From the NCBI GenBank assembly GCA_035505215.1, contig DATJQY010000015.1, positions 160,387-224,386 of the forward strand: 64,000 nt of DNA, in the 5' to 3' direction. Positions 1 to 9,828 of the stretch are shown here, in pieces. This stretch comes from Solirubrobacteraceae bacterium. Lineage in GTDB: Bacteria; Actinomycetota; Thermoleophilia; Solirubrobacterales; Solirubrobacteraceae. Made by a program: the position numbers and the translations under genes. The notes below the pieces were generated by a model that had not been told where the DNA came from, did no database searches, and worked only from the letters and a program-made list of their open reading frames with translations. Position 1 is the first letter of the stretch, and the number at the start of each line of letters is the position of its first letter.

Positions 1-146
1 CGTATCGATCTACTCAGTAGCCCCAAATGACACTGGAACACAAGACGGTCCCCGTCATGGGAGCCACCTCGAGCATCGGGCGAGCTGTCGCGCCTGACGT
101 CCCGAGGCTGACGCCGTGAGCCATCTTTGGAGACTGGAGGAAGCAG

Positions 147-443
147 ATGAGCACCCCATACGCCTTTGTCGTCCGCCTCGTGGCCAAACCAGAAAAAGCC
201 GCCGCCGTAGCTGAGCTGCTAGGAGGCGCGCTGCCGCTCGCCCAAGCGGAGCCCGGCACCGTCGCCTGGTACGCGGCCAGAACCTCCGACACAACCTTCT
301 GGATCTTCGACACGTTCGCCAGCGAGGACGCTCGGCAGGCACATGTTGCAGGCCCGATCGCGGCCCTGCTCGTGGAGAAGGCCGACGAGCTGTTCGCGGA
401 GCCGCCCGAGATACTTCCAGCAGACGTGCTGGCCGCCAAATAG
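147..443 (+). CDS. Antibiotic biosynthesis monooxygenase (ABM)-family protein
   Basis: 98 aa with the ABM pattern (RLVAKPEK...EPGT..W...F.IFDTF.SE.ARQAH). RBS-like GGAGG upstream. Confidence 0.85.
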   Translation: MSTPYAFVVRLVAKPEKAAAVAELLGGALPLAQAEPGTVAWYAARTSDTTFWIFDTFASEDARQAHVAGPIAALLVEKADELFAEPPEILPADVLAAK

Positions 444-688
444 TCAAACGCTGTCAAGCCCACCAATTCACCCGTCGAGAGACGGACAGCCACCACTGGC
501 GCTTTTGTTACCGGCAACGGCCGTTCGAAACTTGCGCCTCGGCGACAACGGGGGCCTCAGCCAGCGGTACGCCGGACGAGCGCTCCTCGATAACGCGATC
601 GTGTCGTGCCGGCCGTGACTCAGACGGCGCGGAGGGGCGCACAACCACTGGCGCTGAACCCAGATCTTTTCGTCGTCATGGTGGAGCA

Positions 689-1414
689 ATGAGTCGAGTT
701 CCGGACGCGTACTCTGGGCTTATGGCGAAGCTTGACGCGCTCCTCGCGGAGCAGGTCAGTTACTACAGTGCGCGCGCGCCGGAGTACCTCGAGGACGCTG
801 CTGTGGAAGGGGTCACGCCGGAGACCCAGAGCGCGGCTTCTCGGGCGTTCGTGGCGGCCCTCGATGCCGCCGCACCGTTGGGGGACGTGCTGGAACTGGC
901 CTGCGGGCCCGGAACGTTCACCCGTGAACTCGCCGAGCGCGCCACGTCGGTCACTGCACTTGACGCCTCACCCGAGATGCTAGAGATCGCTGTTGCTCGC
1001 ATCGCGCCGCGCACAAACGTGCGCTTCTCCCGGACTGACCTGTTTGCGTGGGCTCCAGATCGTCGTTATGACTTTGTGTTCTTCGGCTTCTGGCTCTCGC
1101 ATGTGCCAGCGGAGCGATTCGAGTCGTTCTGGTCCGCGGTTGCCAGCGCATTGACGCCCGGCGGCAGGGTGATGTTCTTCGACGACGGCCACCGGACCGC
1201 CGAGGAGCTGGTAGAGGGACCGGGCTCCGCGACGATCGAGCGCCGCTTGCGCGACGGACGCCGCTTCCGCGCCGTGAAGGTGGCGCGTGAGCCGGTGTCG
1301 CTTGAACGAACGCTGTGCGAGCTGGGTTGGGAGATCGAGGTCCGCCCGCTGGCGGGGCCGTTCTTCGTGGGACTCGGTGGGCGCGCCCGCCGTCGGGCGG
1401 AAGACCCGCTTTGA
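689..1414 (+). CDS. Class I SAM-dependent methyltransferase
   Basis: Motif I VLELACGPG, followed by VTALDASPEML and YDFVFFGFWLSH. The start could instead be the ATG at 722. Confidence 0.85.
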   Translation: MSRVPDAYSGLMAKLDALLAEQVSYYSARAPEYLEDAAVEGVTPETQSAASRAFVAALDAAAPLGDVLELACGPGTFTRELAERATSVTALDASPEMLEIAVARIAPRTNVRFSRTDLFAWAPDRRYDFVFFGFWLSHVPAERFESFWSAVASALTPGGRVMFFDDGHRTAEELVEGPGSATIERRLRDGRRFRAVKVAREPVSLERTLCELGWEIEVRPLAGPFFVGLGGRARRRAEDPL

Positions 1415-1653
1415 CGTCACCACCGCCGGCAACGCCGGCACGCTCGCTCCACGCAAGCTCGCATCCGTCCACGCCATCCGTGCGGACAGCGGCGCGCGGC
1501 TCCAGAGGCGACAGACCCCTCCGACAGCGAAGGCCGCCTTTGGCGATTGCGGGTGCTCGCTGACCGGCTGTTCCGCCCTCCTTTGATGCCAGAGATGGCG
1601 GAGGCGTCGCGCGCTCCGATGGGCGATCATCGCAGTACCTGCTCGGGCTGATC

Positions 1654-2805
1654 GTGGCTGATTGGAGACCAATGAGCGGTGGCGGAGAAACTGAATCGCA
1701 GCCAGACGCCGAGGACGGTGCCTCGATGGAGCCGTCCGACACGGACCTGCTGATCGACTACCTGGAGGAGCGAGGCGCCACGGCGGATGAGCTGGCTGAT
1801 GCGGTCGCAACGGGGTCGCTGGGTGCGCTGGCACTTGAGCTGGCCCTCCGGGGCGCGGGCGAGCTTTTGCCGTTCGAAGAGGCTGCCAGCACTGCTGGTC
1901 TCGATGTGGAAGCTGCCCGCGAGCTTTGGTGCGCACTTGGATTCCCGGATCCCAAGCACCGGCAACTGCGCGTTACCCCAAAGCAGATCCAAACGCTCCG
2001 CCTGCTAGCGGAAATGAGCGGGCCCCTGGGGGCCGAGACCGGACTGCAGCTGGCGCGCGTGATGGGAAGCTCGATGGCGCAGCTGGCCGAGGCGATCGTC
2101 GTCGCCTTCCGAGTAAAGGTGGAGATGCCGCGACGCGACCACGGGGAGCCTTATTCCGAGGTGGTGCGGGACTACTCGCAGACGGCCTCGATCGTCCTTC
2201 CGGCCCTGGCGGACGCGCTCGGCGAGGTTCTGACCGAACACCTACTGTCGGTGTCGAGATCGAACTGGGCGCTTGATGAGCGCCGAGCCGCTGTAACGCG
2301 TGAGCTGGGCATCGGCTTCGCCGATCTGGTCGAGTACACGCGCGTCAGCAGACTCTGGGAGCCCGCCGAGCTGGCCTCGGCGATCGCCCGCTTCGAAGCT
2401 CTTGTGCGCGAAGTCCTGACGCGGTATCCGGCACGCGTAGTGAAGCTGATCGGCGACGAGATCATGTTTGCCGTCGATGACGTCAGCCGTGCGGCCGACC
2501 TAGTGCGCGAGCTGATCGAAGAGCTCGCGGCTGACCGGCAGCTTCCTCCGGTGCGCGTCGGGCTAGCCGCTGGGCGGGTCGTCTCCTATCAGGGTGACTA
2601 CTACGGAGATGTCGTCAATCTTGCCGCCCGATTGGTCAAGGCCGCCGACCCAAGAGCCGCGCTCGTCTCCGGGCCGAGCATGAAAAAGGCGACGTCCTCA
2701 CGCGACCTGGAGATGGTCGAAATGCCAGTGCTCAAGGGGTACGAGGGTGCGGTGCGCGTATACAAGCTCCTCAGCCGCAAGCCTTCGAACGAGACCGAGC
2801 CGTAG
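1654..2805 (+). CDS. Class III adenylate/guanylate cyclase with N-terminal regulatory region
   Basis: GFADLVEYT, VKLIGDEIM and DYYGDVVNLAARL: metal-binding Asp residues, ATP-specifying K/D and transition-state N/R are all present. Start uncertain (1654, 1672 or 1726). Confidence 0.9.
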   Translation: MADWRPMSGGGETESQPDAEDGASMEPSDTDLLIDYLEERGATADELADAVATGSLGALALELALRGAGELLPFEEAASTAGLDVEAARELWCALGFPDPKHRQLRVTPKQIQTLRLLAEMSGPLGAETGLQLARVMGSSMAQLAEAIVVAFRVKVEMPRRDHGEPYSEVVRDYSQTASIVLPALADALGEVLTEHLLSVSRSNWALDERRAAVTRELGIGFADLVEYTRVSRLWEPAELASAIARFEALVREVLTRYPARVVKLIGDEIMFAVDDVSRAADLVRELIEELAADRQLPPVRVGLAAGRVVSYQGDYYGDVVNLAARLVKAADPRAALVSGPSMKKATSSRDLEMVEMPVLKGYEGAVRVYKLLSRKPSNETEP

Positions 2806-2831
2806 AGAACCTCGTGACGCGCGCTCGAGTG

Positions 2832-3365
2832 CTACTGGCCGCCGGCCTGGCGAGGCGCGCCCGCGTCTGGTCCGTCCTCGCCCGGATGCTCACGCACGAG
2901 GAAGTCTTCGATCTCGGCCACGCGATCGCGAGAACGCTCCGCCACGGCCAAGAGGTCGCTCATCGTGGCGACCTCCTCGATCTGCTCGCTGACAAACCAC
3001 TGGAGGAACTGCTCGGCGGCGAAGTCACGCTCGTCACGGGCGGTCCCCGCCAGCGCGTTGATCTGCTCTGACACCTCGCGCTCTTGTCTAAGCGCGAGCG
3101 CCACCGGCTCCACCACGTCCCCGAACCTGGTGCGCGGCGCGGCGATCCCGGGCGTGGTGACTTCGGCGCCCGTGTCCAGCAGATACTGGATCATCATCAT
3201 CGCGTGCCCGCGCTCCTCCAGCGCCTGGCGATAGAAGAACCCAGCCAACTGCGGGAGCGTCTGGGTTTCGTAATACACCGCGCACGCAACGTACTGCTGG
3301 TGGGCCGCGAACTCGTTGGCGATCTGCTCGTTGAGCTTGGTCGCAAAAACGCCGGCATCAGCCAT
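2832..3365 (-). CDS. ftnA: Non-heme ferritin
   Basis: NEQIANEF..QY, EERGHAM, EREV and EQIEE give the ferroxidase-centre pattern of bacterial ferritins. Confidence 0.9.
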   Translation of the reverse strand: MADAGVFATKLNEQIANEFAAHQQYVACAVYYETQTLPQLAGFFYRQALEERGHAMMMIQYLLDTGAEVTTPGIAAPRTRFGDVVEPVALALRQEREVSEQINALAGTARDERDFAAEQFLQWFVSEQIEEVATMSDLLAVAERSRDRVAEIEDFLVREHPGEDGPDAGAPRQAGGQ

Positions 3366-3382
3366 GCGCGCCGCAGCCTAAC

Positions 3383-3403
3383 AGAGGTTAGGGTGCCCTA
3401 ACC
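3383..3403. promoter_or_regulatory. Probable IdeR/DtxR iron box upstream of ferritin
   Basis: AGAGGTTAGGGTGCCCTAA matches 14/19 positions of TWAGGTWAGSCTWACCTWA and contains the palindrome GGTTAGGG-TG-CCCTAACC. It lies ~20 bp upstream of the ferritin ATG. Confidence 0.6.
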
Positions 3404-4891
3404 CGCGGCGGGTGGCGGCGGCAGCCCGGCCGGACCCTTGAGGGCGACGACCTGGTCGGTGCCCGGAAGGAGCAGCAGGCCATCGCCGACGGACGGCGTC
3501 GGGAAATGGTTGGCATGGCCGCCGAACGGGATCGCGACGACCTCCTTGCCGTTGGCCGGGTTGAGGCCGTACACGTTGTCGCCTTGAATCGTCCAGACCA
3601 GTCCGTCGGCGATGATCGGTCCGCCCGCGGCGCCGTCGTTATCGGTCCACAGCTGCTTCAGGTACGGAGCCTTCCGCGAAATCCTCATAGCCGTCACGCC
3701 GTTCGGGCACGGTATGTAGACGACCGAGCCCTGCACCGCGTGGCCTCCATCCGGGTCGCCACTGCACACCGAACGGGACGCGACCTCGCCTTCCTCGCCG
3801 CCGAGATGTCCCTGACGCAAGAGATATCCGATGTCGGTCTTGCCGACCTGGAACACGAAACCGTGCACGAGCGCGGGATCCCCGGTCCCCAGGTCGAGGT
3901 CGTCGGCGCTGAGCCGCTGCCAGTCCCGGGGGTAGAAGAGCGACTTCAGGTGCATCGTCGGCGAGAGCTCGAGTACCGCGTCGCTGTCGTCATATGGCTG
4001 ACGGGGGCCGAGGTCGTAGCCGTCGGCGCTCGCCACGTAGACGTTCCCGTGAGGATCGACGACCGGAGAGCTGCCGCCCATCCACACCGCCCCGCGATCG
4101 CGGCCGCTGCCGATCTGGAAGTAGTGGAGCCGTCCTCCCCGCTCTGGAATCGAGACGACGTAGCCGTGGGCCGGGCCGTTGGGGCCAGGGCAGTCGCCCG
4201 TGTTCTGACCGTAGGCGATGACCACGAAACCGTGGTCGAGCGCCAGTCCCGGGCGCTGCAGCTGCGCGAGCTGGTCCTCGCCGGCGTTTGGCATCGCTCG
4301 CTCGTCCAGCTCAACCTTGCCGGTGAACAGATTGAGCCCGAAGAGACGGTGCGACGCTTCGACGCCACGCGAGGCCGACGGGCCGCGGATCAGCGTGTCC
4401 GCGTCGACGAATATCTCGTTGCGCTGCAAGTCGATCACGGGCGTGCCCGTGATCCCGACCTCGGGCGAGATGTCGCCGCAGGGCAGGTCATCGGATGGCA
4501 CAGGGCTCGCCAGGTGGCGTGACCAGAGGATCCGCCCGCTGCGTGCCGCCAGCGCGTAGACGGTGTCGTGCTCGGTCGCCGCGATCACGCGGCCATCGGC
4601 GACGAGCGGCTCGCCGTAGAGCTCGCCGTCAAGGCTCGGGGAGGTCCAAGCGTGCCGGGAAGGCAGCAGCTTGGTCGACGCCGCGTGGACTCCGGTCGCC
4701 TCGGCGTCCCCGTGGTAGGTGGTCCAGTTCGTACCAAAGCCGGAGGCCCGCGACGTGGGCCTCGATTTCGCTGGCCCGGCGCTCGGGCTTCCCGCTTTCG
4801 GCGCCGTCGAGCCGGCCAGGGAAGACCCACAGCCAAAGCAGCCGAGCGACGCGACCGTCATGACAGCGGCCAGTCGAGCCTGTCGCCTCAT
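3398..4891 (-). CDS. Secreted PQQ-binding-like beta-propeller lipoprotein
   Basis: Start reassigned to MRRQARL (4891) ahead of a signal/lipobox (SLGCFGC). Repeated beta-propeller motifs (VYALAARSGRILW, VYGLNPANG). Confidence 0.75.
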   Translation of the reverse strand: MRRQARLAAVMTVASLGCFGCGSSLAGSTAPKAGSPSAGPAKSRPTSRASGFGTNWTTYHGDAEATGVHAASTKLLPSRHAWTSPSLDGELYGEPLVADGRVIAATEHDTVYALAARSGRILWSRHLASPVPSDDLPCGDISPEVGITGTPVIDLQRNEIFVDADTLIRGPSASRGVEASHRLFGLNLFTGKVELDERAMPNAGEDQLAQLQRPGLALDHGFVVIAYGQNTGDCPGPNGPAHGYVVSIPERGGRLHYFQIGSGRDRGAVWMGGSSPVVDPHGNVYVASADGYDLGPRQPYDDSDAVLELSPTMHLKSLFYPRDWQRLSADDLDLGTGDPALVHGFVFQVGKTDIGYLLRQGHLGGEEGEVASRSVCSGDPDGGHAVQGSVVYIPCPNGVTAMRISRKAPYLKQLWTDNDGAAGGPIIADGLVWTIQGDNVYGLNPANGKEVVAIPFGGHANHFPTPSVGDGLLLLPGTDQVVALKGPAGLPPPPAAG

Positions 4892-4951
4892 CGCGCAACC
4901 TGAGCAGCTACCACCGTGGGCCGAGTGTAAGCGCCGCCGCGCGGCGTTGAC

Positions 4952-5587
4952 TTGATCGGAGTGGGTCCTACGATGGTGCTCGTGACGCCAGGCCGTCGCT
5001 CGGCTCCCTTGTTCGCGGTTGCGCTGAGCGCGATCGTGGCGGGATGCGGCTCCGCTCACCGACCTCCGGTGAGGCCTCACGCGGCAACCGAACGGCCCGG
5101 AGCGGTCCAGGTCCCCCAGACGATCCCGGCGCCAGCGCCGACGAGGATCCCGGCCCCGGCCGCCGCCGTGGCCGTCATCAAGGCGTGGTCTAACGCCCTG
5201 CGGCGCGGCGACATCGCCGGGGCCGCGCGGTACTTCGCGCTGCCGAGTGTGATGATCAACGGACCGGACGCGAACGGCAACGGCGTCCTCATCCGGATCG
5301 ACAGCCGGGCCAGCGCGAGAGCCGCCAACGTGACCCTCCCCTGCGGCGCCAGGTTCATCTCGGCCGATCAGCGCGGCCGCTACGTCAACGCGCTGTTTCG
5401 CCTGACCAACCGGCCCGGACCGGGAGGGGGCTGCGGCACCGGGGCGGGACAGACTGCTCGCACCAACTTCGTGATCAGCGCGGGACGGATCGTCGAGTGG
5501 ATCCGCGCCCCTGACGATCCGGGCGACAATCCCGGGACGACGCCCGCCCCGCTGCCGGGCGGACAGGGATCGGGTCCAGCCGTCTGA
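4952..5587 (+). CDS. Hypothetical lipoprotein (possible NTF2/SnoaL-like fold)
   Basis: Lipobox IVAGC, Pro-rich linker, then WSNALRRGD...AARYFALP...FVISAGRIVEW, a pattern typical of NTF2-like folds. Confidence 0.6.
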   Translation: MIGVGPTMVLVTPGRRSAPLFAVALSAIVAGCGSAHRPPVRPHAATERPGAVQVPQTIPAPAPTRIPAPAAAVAVIKAWSNALRRGDIAGAARYFALPSVMINGPDANGNGVLIRIDSRASARAANVTLPCGARFISADQRGRYVNALFRLTNRPGPGGGCGTGAGQTARTNFVISAGRIVEWIRAPDDPGDNPGTTPAPLPGGQGSGPAV

Positions 5588-5596
5588 GTCGGCCGC

Positions 5597-8446
5597 CTAG
5601 CCGCTGACCGAGACCGTCACCCCGTTTTCGCGCTGGGCATCCGGGCTGAGGTCCGCCGTTGCGTGGACGACCGAGTTGGTCTCAGGCGCCCAGCTCGGCG
5701 GGGTGACGATGAACCGCGTTCTCGCCGCCTTGGACGGCCTCAGGTTGTAGAAGGTCGCTGGCCCAAGCGCCCGGACCCTCCATCCCTCCGGCACCTGGAG
5801 CGAGAGGCGGACCACGCGGAGCGTCTCATTGCCTCCGCGCGTCAGCCGCACCGTGAACCGTGATCCACGGCCCGGGCTGACCTGCTTGGCTCCGCGGACT
5901 AGGACCTGGCGGGCGGCCGGGGTTTGCGTGATCGCAAACGAGCCGCGCAGCGGCAGGTTGGCCAGCGCCGAGGAGTCGCCGAGGTACACCTGATAGGTGC
6001 CGAGGCTCTGGGTCCATCCCTTGGCGGACTGATCCCACCACCACGTGTCCTGTGGGGTGATCGTGAAGTGGACCTCCGCCGAGCGGCCCGGCGCCAGCGC
6101 GACCTTCTGGAAGTCGACCAGCTGGCGCGGCGGCTCGCCCGCGCTGGCGGGATCGCCGAGGTAGAGCTGGGCGACGTCCGCGCCCGCCGTGGAGCCGACG
6201 TTCTTGATCGTGGCCGAGACAACGGTGTCGTAGACGCCGCCAGCCCCGGTCCGCTCGATGCGCAGATGGCTGAAGGCGAACTTCGTGTACGACAGCCCGA
6301 ACCCGAACGGGAACAGCGGCGTCAGATTCTTGGCCTCATACCAGCGGTAACCCACATCGAGGCCCTCGGAGTAGAGCACCTGCCCGTTGACCCCGGGGAA
6401 CTGGGCCGGGGTCGAGGCCGGCACCTGGGCCAGGCTGGTCGGGAAGGTCACCGGGAGGTGGCCGCTCGGATCCACCTTGCCGAACAGCACGTCGGCCAGC
6501 GAGGTGCCGTTGGACTGGCCGGGATACCAGGCGTCGACGACCGAAGCCGCCTGGCTCAGCCAGGGCATTGCGACCGGTGCCCCAGCGTCGATCACCACCA
6601 CCGTGTGCGGGTTGGCCGCCGCGACGTCGGAGATCAGCTCGTCCTGCGCGGAGGGCAGGTTGAGGCTGGGCCGGTCGGTCGCCTCGGACTCGGTGTCATC
6701 GGAGACGACGACCACCGCCTTCGCAGCCGACTTGGCCGCGCTCACCGCCGCGGCGAGCCCCGGGGCGAGGAACGACGGGGTGCCCCAGCTCAAGTTGCTC
6801 GACTCGCCCCCGCCGCTGATCGAGAGCGTGTACTTCTGGCCGGCGGTCAGGTCGATCGCGGCGGAGAAGGTACTCACGGGTGGCGTGCCGGGGTTGACGA
6901 TCAGCGGCTGCCCGTTGACCGACAGCGTGTCCGGCGTGTAGCACTGGCACTGGTTGGTGAACGCGAGCACATACGTGCCCGTCTCCGGCGCGGTCAGGGT
7001 GCCGGTGTAGCTCCCGCCGAACGGCGTCCCGCCCGCGGGATAGGCCGGTGACAGGGCCGAGGCGGGGATCGCCGGCAGGGCGGTATCGGTCGGTAGCCCC
7101 TGCGTGTAGCTGACGTGCGTCCCCGGGCCGGCGGCTGCCTGCAGCCCCTGGAGCGGGGTGACGGTCGAGGACGGGACCACGTACGCGCTACCGCCGCCGC
7201 CGTTGGTCGGCGAGGCCGAGGCGGACGGTCCGATCACGGCGACGTCCCCGGCGCTCTTGGCCGACAGGGGCAGCGTGCCGCGGAGGTTCTGGAGCAGCAC
7301 GGTCCCGCCGTCGGCCACCTGGTTGCCGAGCGTTTGATGGGCGGGCGTGGTGACCGTGGCGGTCGGGGTGGCGGGGCGCTGGAGCTTGAACAGGTTGAAG
7401 CGGAACATCTCGGTCAGCATCCGCTGGACCATCGTGTTGAGCACCGAGCGCGGGATCGCCCCGGTCTCCACGGCCGTCTGGAGCGGCGTCCCGAAGTAGG
7501 TGTTGAACGGCTGCTCCTGGTCGGTTCCGTCCTGCGCCCCGGAGGTGCTGTGGAGCGCGCCGTAGTCGGAGGTCACGAAGCCCGGGAAGTCCCACAGGTC
7601 CCTCAGGGTCGTCGTTTCCAGGTACGGGTTCTGGCAGCTGTAGTTGCCGTTGACCGTGGAGTACGCGCACATCACCGAGGAGGCGTTGGCCTTGGTCACC
7701 GCCGCGTCGAAGGCCGGCATGTAGATCTCGTGCAGCACCCGGTCGCTGACGATCACGTTGTCAGCCTCGGTATTGCGGTTGGTCTCCTGGTTATAGGCGT
7801 CGAAGTGCTTGACCTGCGACATCTCGCCCGTGCTCTGGACGCCGTCGATCTCGTCGGTGGCCAGCGCCGAGTCCAGGAACGGGTCTTCGGTGAACGCCTC
7901 AAAGGACCGGCCCCAGCGCGGGTCGCGATCGATGTTGACGGTCGGCCCCAGATTGACGTCCGCGCCCTTGCCGAGCTCCTCGGAGCCGATCACCTGGCCG
8001 TACCGGTAGGCGAGCGAGTTATCCCAGCTCGCGGCGACGTCGACCCCGGCCGGCAACTGGGTCACCCCCGTCAGCTCGTCGGCGACGCCCGCGGGTCCAT
8101 CCTCCTCGCCGAGCTTCGGAATGCACAGGCCGGCGAGGGGATTGCCTGGCGCACTGCCCGGCATCCAGAACACATACGGGTTGGGCGAGGGATTCGGACC
8201 CTCATTGGTGGTGCCGTGGCCCGCGACCAGGAAGTCCTCCTGGGCGATGCTCATCTGGCTCATCAGCTGCGCCACGCGCTGAGCAATCGGCGCGTTCGAT
8301 GTGACCCACGGACACGAGGTGTCCGCCTTCGCCCCGGGCGCCAGAACGCCCGTGAGCACAATGGCCGCTAGGGCACCAGCCAGGCGCCACCGCGCGCCAA
8401 ATCGAAGGGAGGGCCGAACCGAAGACAGAGCAGACATTCCCGCCAC
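5597..8446 (-). CDS. Secreted GH3 beta-glucosidase with PA14-like insert, Fn3-like domain and C-terminal Ig-like domain
   Basis: Signal peptide, RDPRWGRSFE, VKHF, nucleophile motif FVTSDY, WYPGQ..G..LADVLFG, FPFGFGLSYT. Confidence 0.93.
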   Translation of the reverse strand: MAGMSALSSVRPSLRFGARWRLAGALAAIVLTGVLAPGAKADTSCPWVTSNAPIAQRVAQLMSQMSIAQEDFLVAGHGTTNEGPNPSPNPYVFWMPGSAPGNPLAGLCIPKLGEEDGPAGVADELTGVTQLPAGVDVAASWDNSLAYRYGQVIGSEELGKGADVNLGPTVNIDRDPRWGRSFEAFTEDPFLDSALATDEIDGVQSTGEMSQVKHFDAYNQETNRNTEADNVIVSDRVLHEIYMPAFDAAVTKANASSVMCAYSTVNGNYSCQNPYLETTTLRDLWDFPGFVTSDYGALHSTSGAQDGTDQEQPFNTYFGTPLQTAVETGAIPRSVLNTMVQRMLTEMFRFNLFKLQRPATPTATVTTPAHQTLGNQVADGGTVLLQNLRGTLPLSAKSAGDVAVIGPSASASPTNGGGGSAYVVPSSTVTPLQGLQAAAGPGTHVSYTQGLPTDTALPAIPASALSPAYPAGGTPFGGSYTGTLTAPETGTYVLAFTNQCQCYTPDTLSVNGQPLIVNPGTPPVSTFSAAIDLTAGQKYTLSISGGGESSNLSWGTPSFLAPGLAAAVSAAKSAAKAVVVVSDDTESEATDRPSLNLPSAQDELISDVAAANPHTVVVIDAGAPVAMPWLSQAASVVDAWYPGQSNGTSLADVLFGKVDPSGHLPVTFPTSLAQVPASTPAQFPGVNGQVLYSEGLDVGYRWYEAKNLTPLFPFGFGLSYTKFAFSHLRIERTGAGGVYDTVVSATIKNVGSTAGADVAQLYLGDPASAGEPPRQLVDFQKVALAPGRSAEVHFTITPQDTWWWDQSAKGWTQSLGTYQVYLGDSSALANLPLRGSFAITQTPAARQVLVRGAKQVSPGRGSRFTVRLTRGGNETLRVVRLSLQVPEGWRVRALGPATFYNLRPSKAARTRFIVTPPSWAPETNSVVHATADLSPDAQRENGVTVSVSG

Positions 8447-8519
8447 CTCGCGTGAGACGTGTAAGCCCGGCCTAAGTTCAGACGGTTCCCCCGCGCCGAG
8501 CGGCGTAAACCGAATCCCG

Positions 8520-9776
8520 CTAGCTGGCCACGGCCGCCGGGATCACGTCGGTGCGCTCCCGTGCGGAGGCGCGCCGCGCCTGAGGCCGTCGCCTAAGGTG
8601 CATCGCGGTAGCCACCGCGAGCCCGAGCGGGACCTGCACCCAGAAGCTGATGATCCGATAGACCAGCACCGCGGTCACGGCCGTGGTCGCGTGCATGCCG
8701 TAGGCGACGAGCAGGACCGAGAGCGTCCCCTCCACGACGCCCACCCCGCCTGGGGTGATGGGAAGGTTTTCCGCGACCTGGCCGACGGCGTAGACAGCCA
8801 GGAGCGCCGACCAGGGAACATGGCCGCCCGCCGCCAGGATCGCCGCCGCCAGACAGGCGCAGTCCGTGATCCAGTTACCGAGCGCGGCACCGGCCGCTGG
8901 GAGGAGCGCACGGGGTCCCGGTGCCCAGCGTGGCCAGTGCACGCGCCGGCTGAACACTGCCAGCCCCCCCAGCACCACCACCGCGGCGGCGATCAGCGCC
9001 ACCGCGACCCGGAACGGCGCGGCCGGCCCGTGGTCGCCGGCGAGCTCGACACCGATTGCCAGAAGCAGGACGAGCACGGCCGAGACAACCACCAGCATCG
9101 AGACCAGCACACGGACGGCTGTGCCCCGACCGACACCGCGTCGGCGCAGTTGATCGAAAGAGAAGGTCGCCGCCAGGGCCTGCCCTGCCGGAATCGACAC
9201 CGACAGCGCGTTGCTGGCGAGGCTCAGCGCGATCATCGAACGCAGCGTCAACCTCGCTCCGCGAGCGCGTAGCAGCACCCAGCCAAGCGACGCGAAGGAG
9301 ATCGTTGAAAGCGCCTCGGCATAGACCGCCAACCTCACGTAGCGCCAATGCAGATGGGCGAGCTGGCCGATGGCGTCGGTCACGGTGTCCCATTGGCCCG
9401 AGATCGAGACGAAGGCGACCACGATCAGGATCGGAGCGAGAAGCCACTGGGCCCGGAGGAGCCACTTGCGATGGCTGGTTCTGGGGCGCTCCCGTTCGTC
9501 CTCCCGCCAGGGCACGGCGACAGGGTCGGATCGTCCCCCTTTGCGCAGCTGCCAGACGGCCAGGAGCGGGAAGATCACCGCGGCGGCGATCTCCACCCCC
9601 AAGCGGATCCACGATCGCCCCGCGACCCCGGTTGATGCGAGGCGAAAGCCGGTGACGGCCAGGTTCGCCGCGGCCACAAACGCAAGCGTGCACAGGGCCG
9701 CCGTCGACCACCGCATCGTCCCCACTTCGCCGCTGGCCTGGTCCGCCTCCATGGCGACATCCCACCAAAGCAGCAC
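8520..9776 (-). CDS. Lysylphosphatidylglycerol synthase TM-domain (YbhN/UPF0104, flippase-like) membrane protein
   Basis: Multi-pass membrane protein with LPITPGGVGVVEG and AVLVYRIISFW, hallmarks of LPG_synthase_TM. Confidence 0.85.
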   Translation of the reverse strand: MLLWWDVAMEADQASGEVGTMRWSTAALCTLAFVAAANLAVTGFRLASTGVAGRSWIRLGVEIAAAVIFPLLAVWQLRKGGRSDPVAVPWREDERERPRTSHRKWLLRAQWLLAPILIVVAFVSISGQWDTVTDAIGQLAHLHWRYVRLAVYAEALSTISFASLGWVLLRARGARLTLRSMIALSLASNALSVSIPAGQALAATFSFDQLRRRGVGRGTAVRVLVSMLVVVSAVLVLLLAIGVELAGDHGPAAPFRVAVALIAAAVVVLGGLAVFSRRVHWPRWAPGPRALLPAAGAALGNWITDCACLAAAILAAGGHVPWSALLAVYAVGQVAENLPITPGGVGVVEGTLSVLLVAYGMHATTAVTAVLVYRIISFWVQVPLGLAVATAMHLRRRPQARRASARERTDVIPAAVAS

Positions 9777-9828
9777 GAGCTACCTCTAACGGTCCGCGAA
9801 GAACACCTGAAGGAGCATTACGTCGGAT

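Noticed and set aside
492-654. 12-bp direct repeat ACCACTGGCGCT (492, 643) as a target-site duplication
   Set aside because: No terminal inverted repeats or transposase between the copies; it may be chance.
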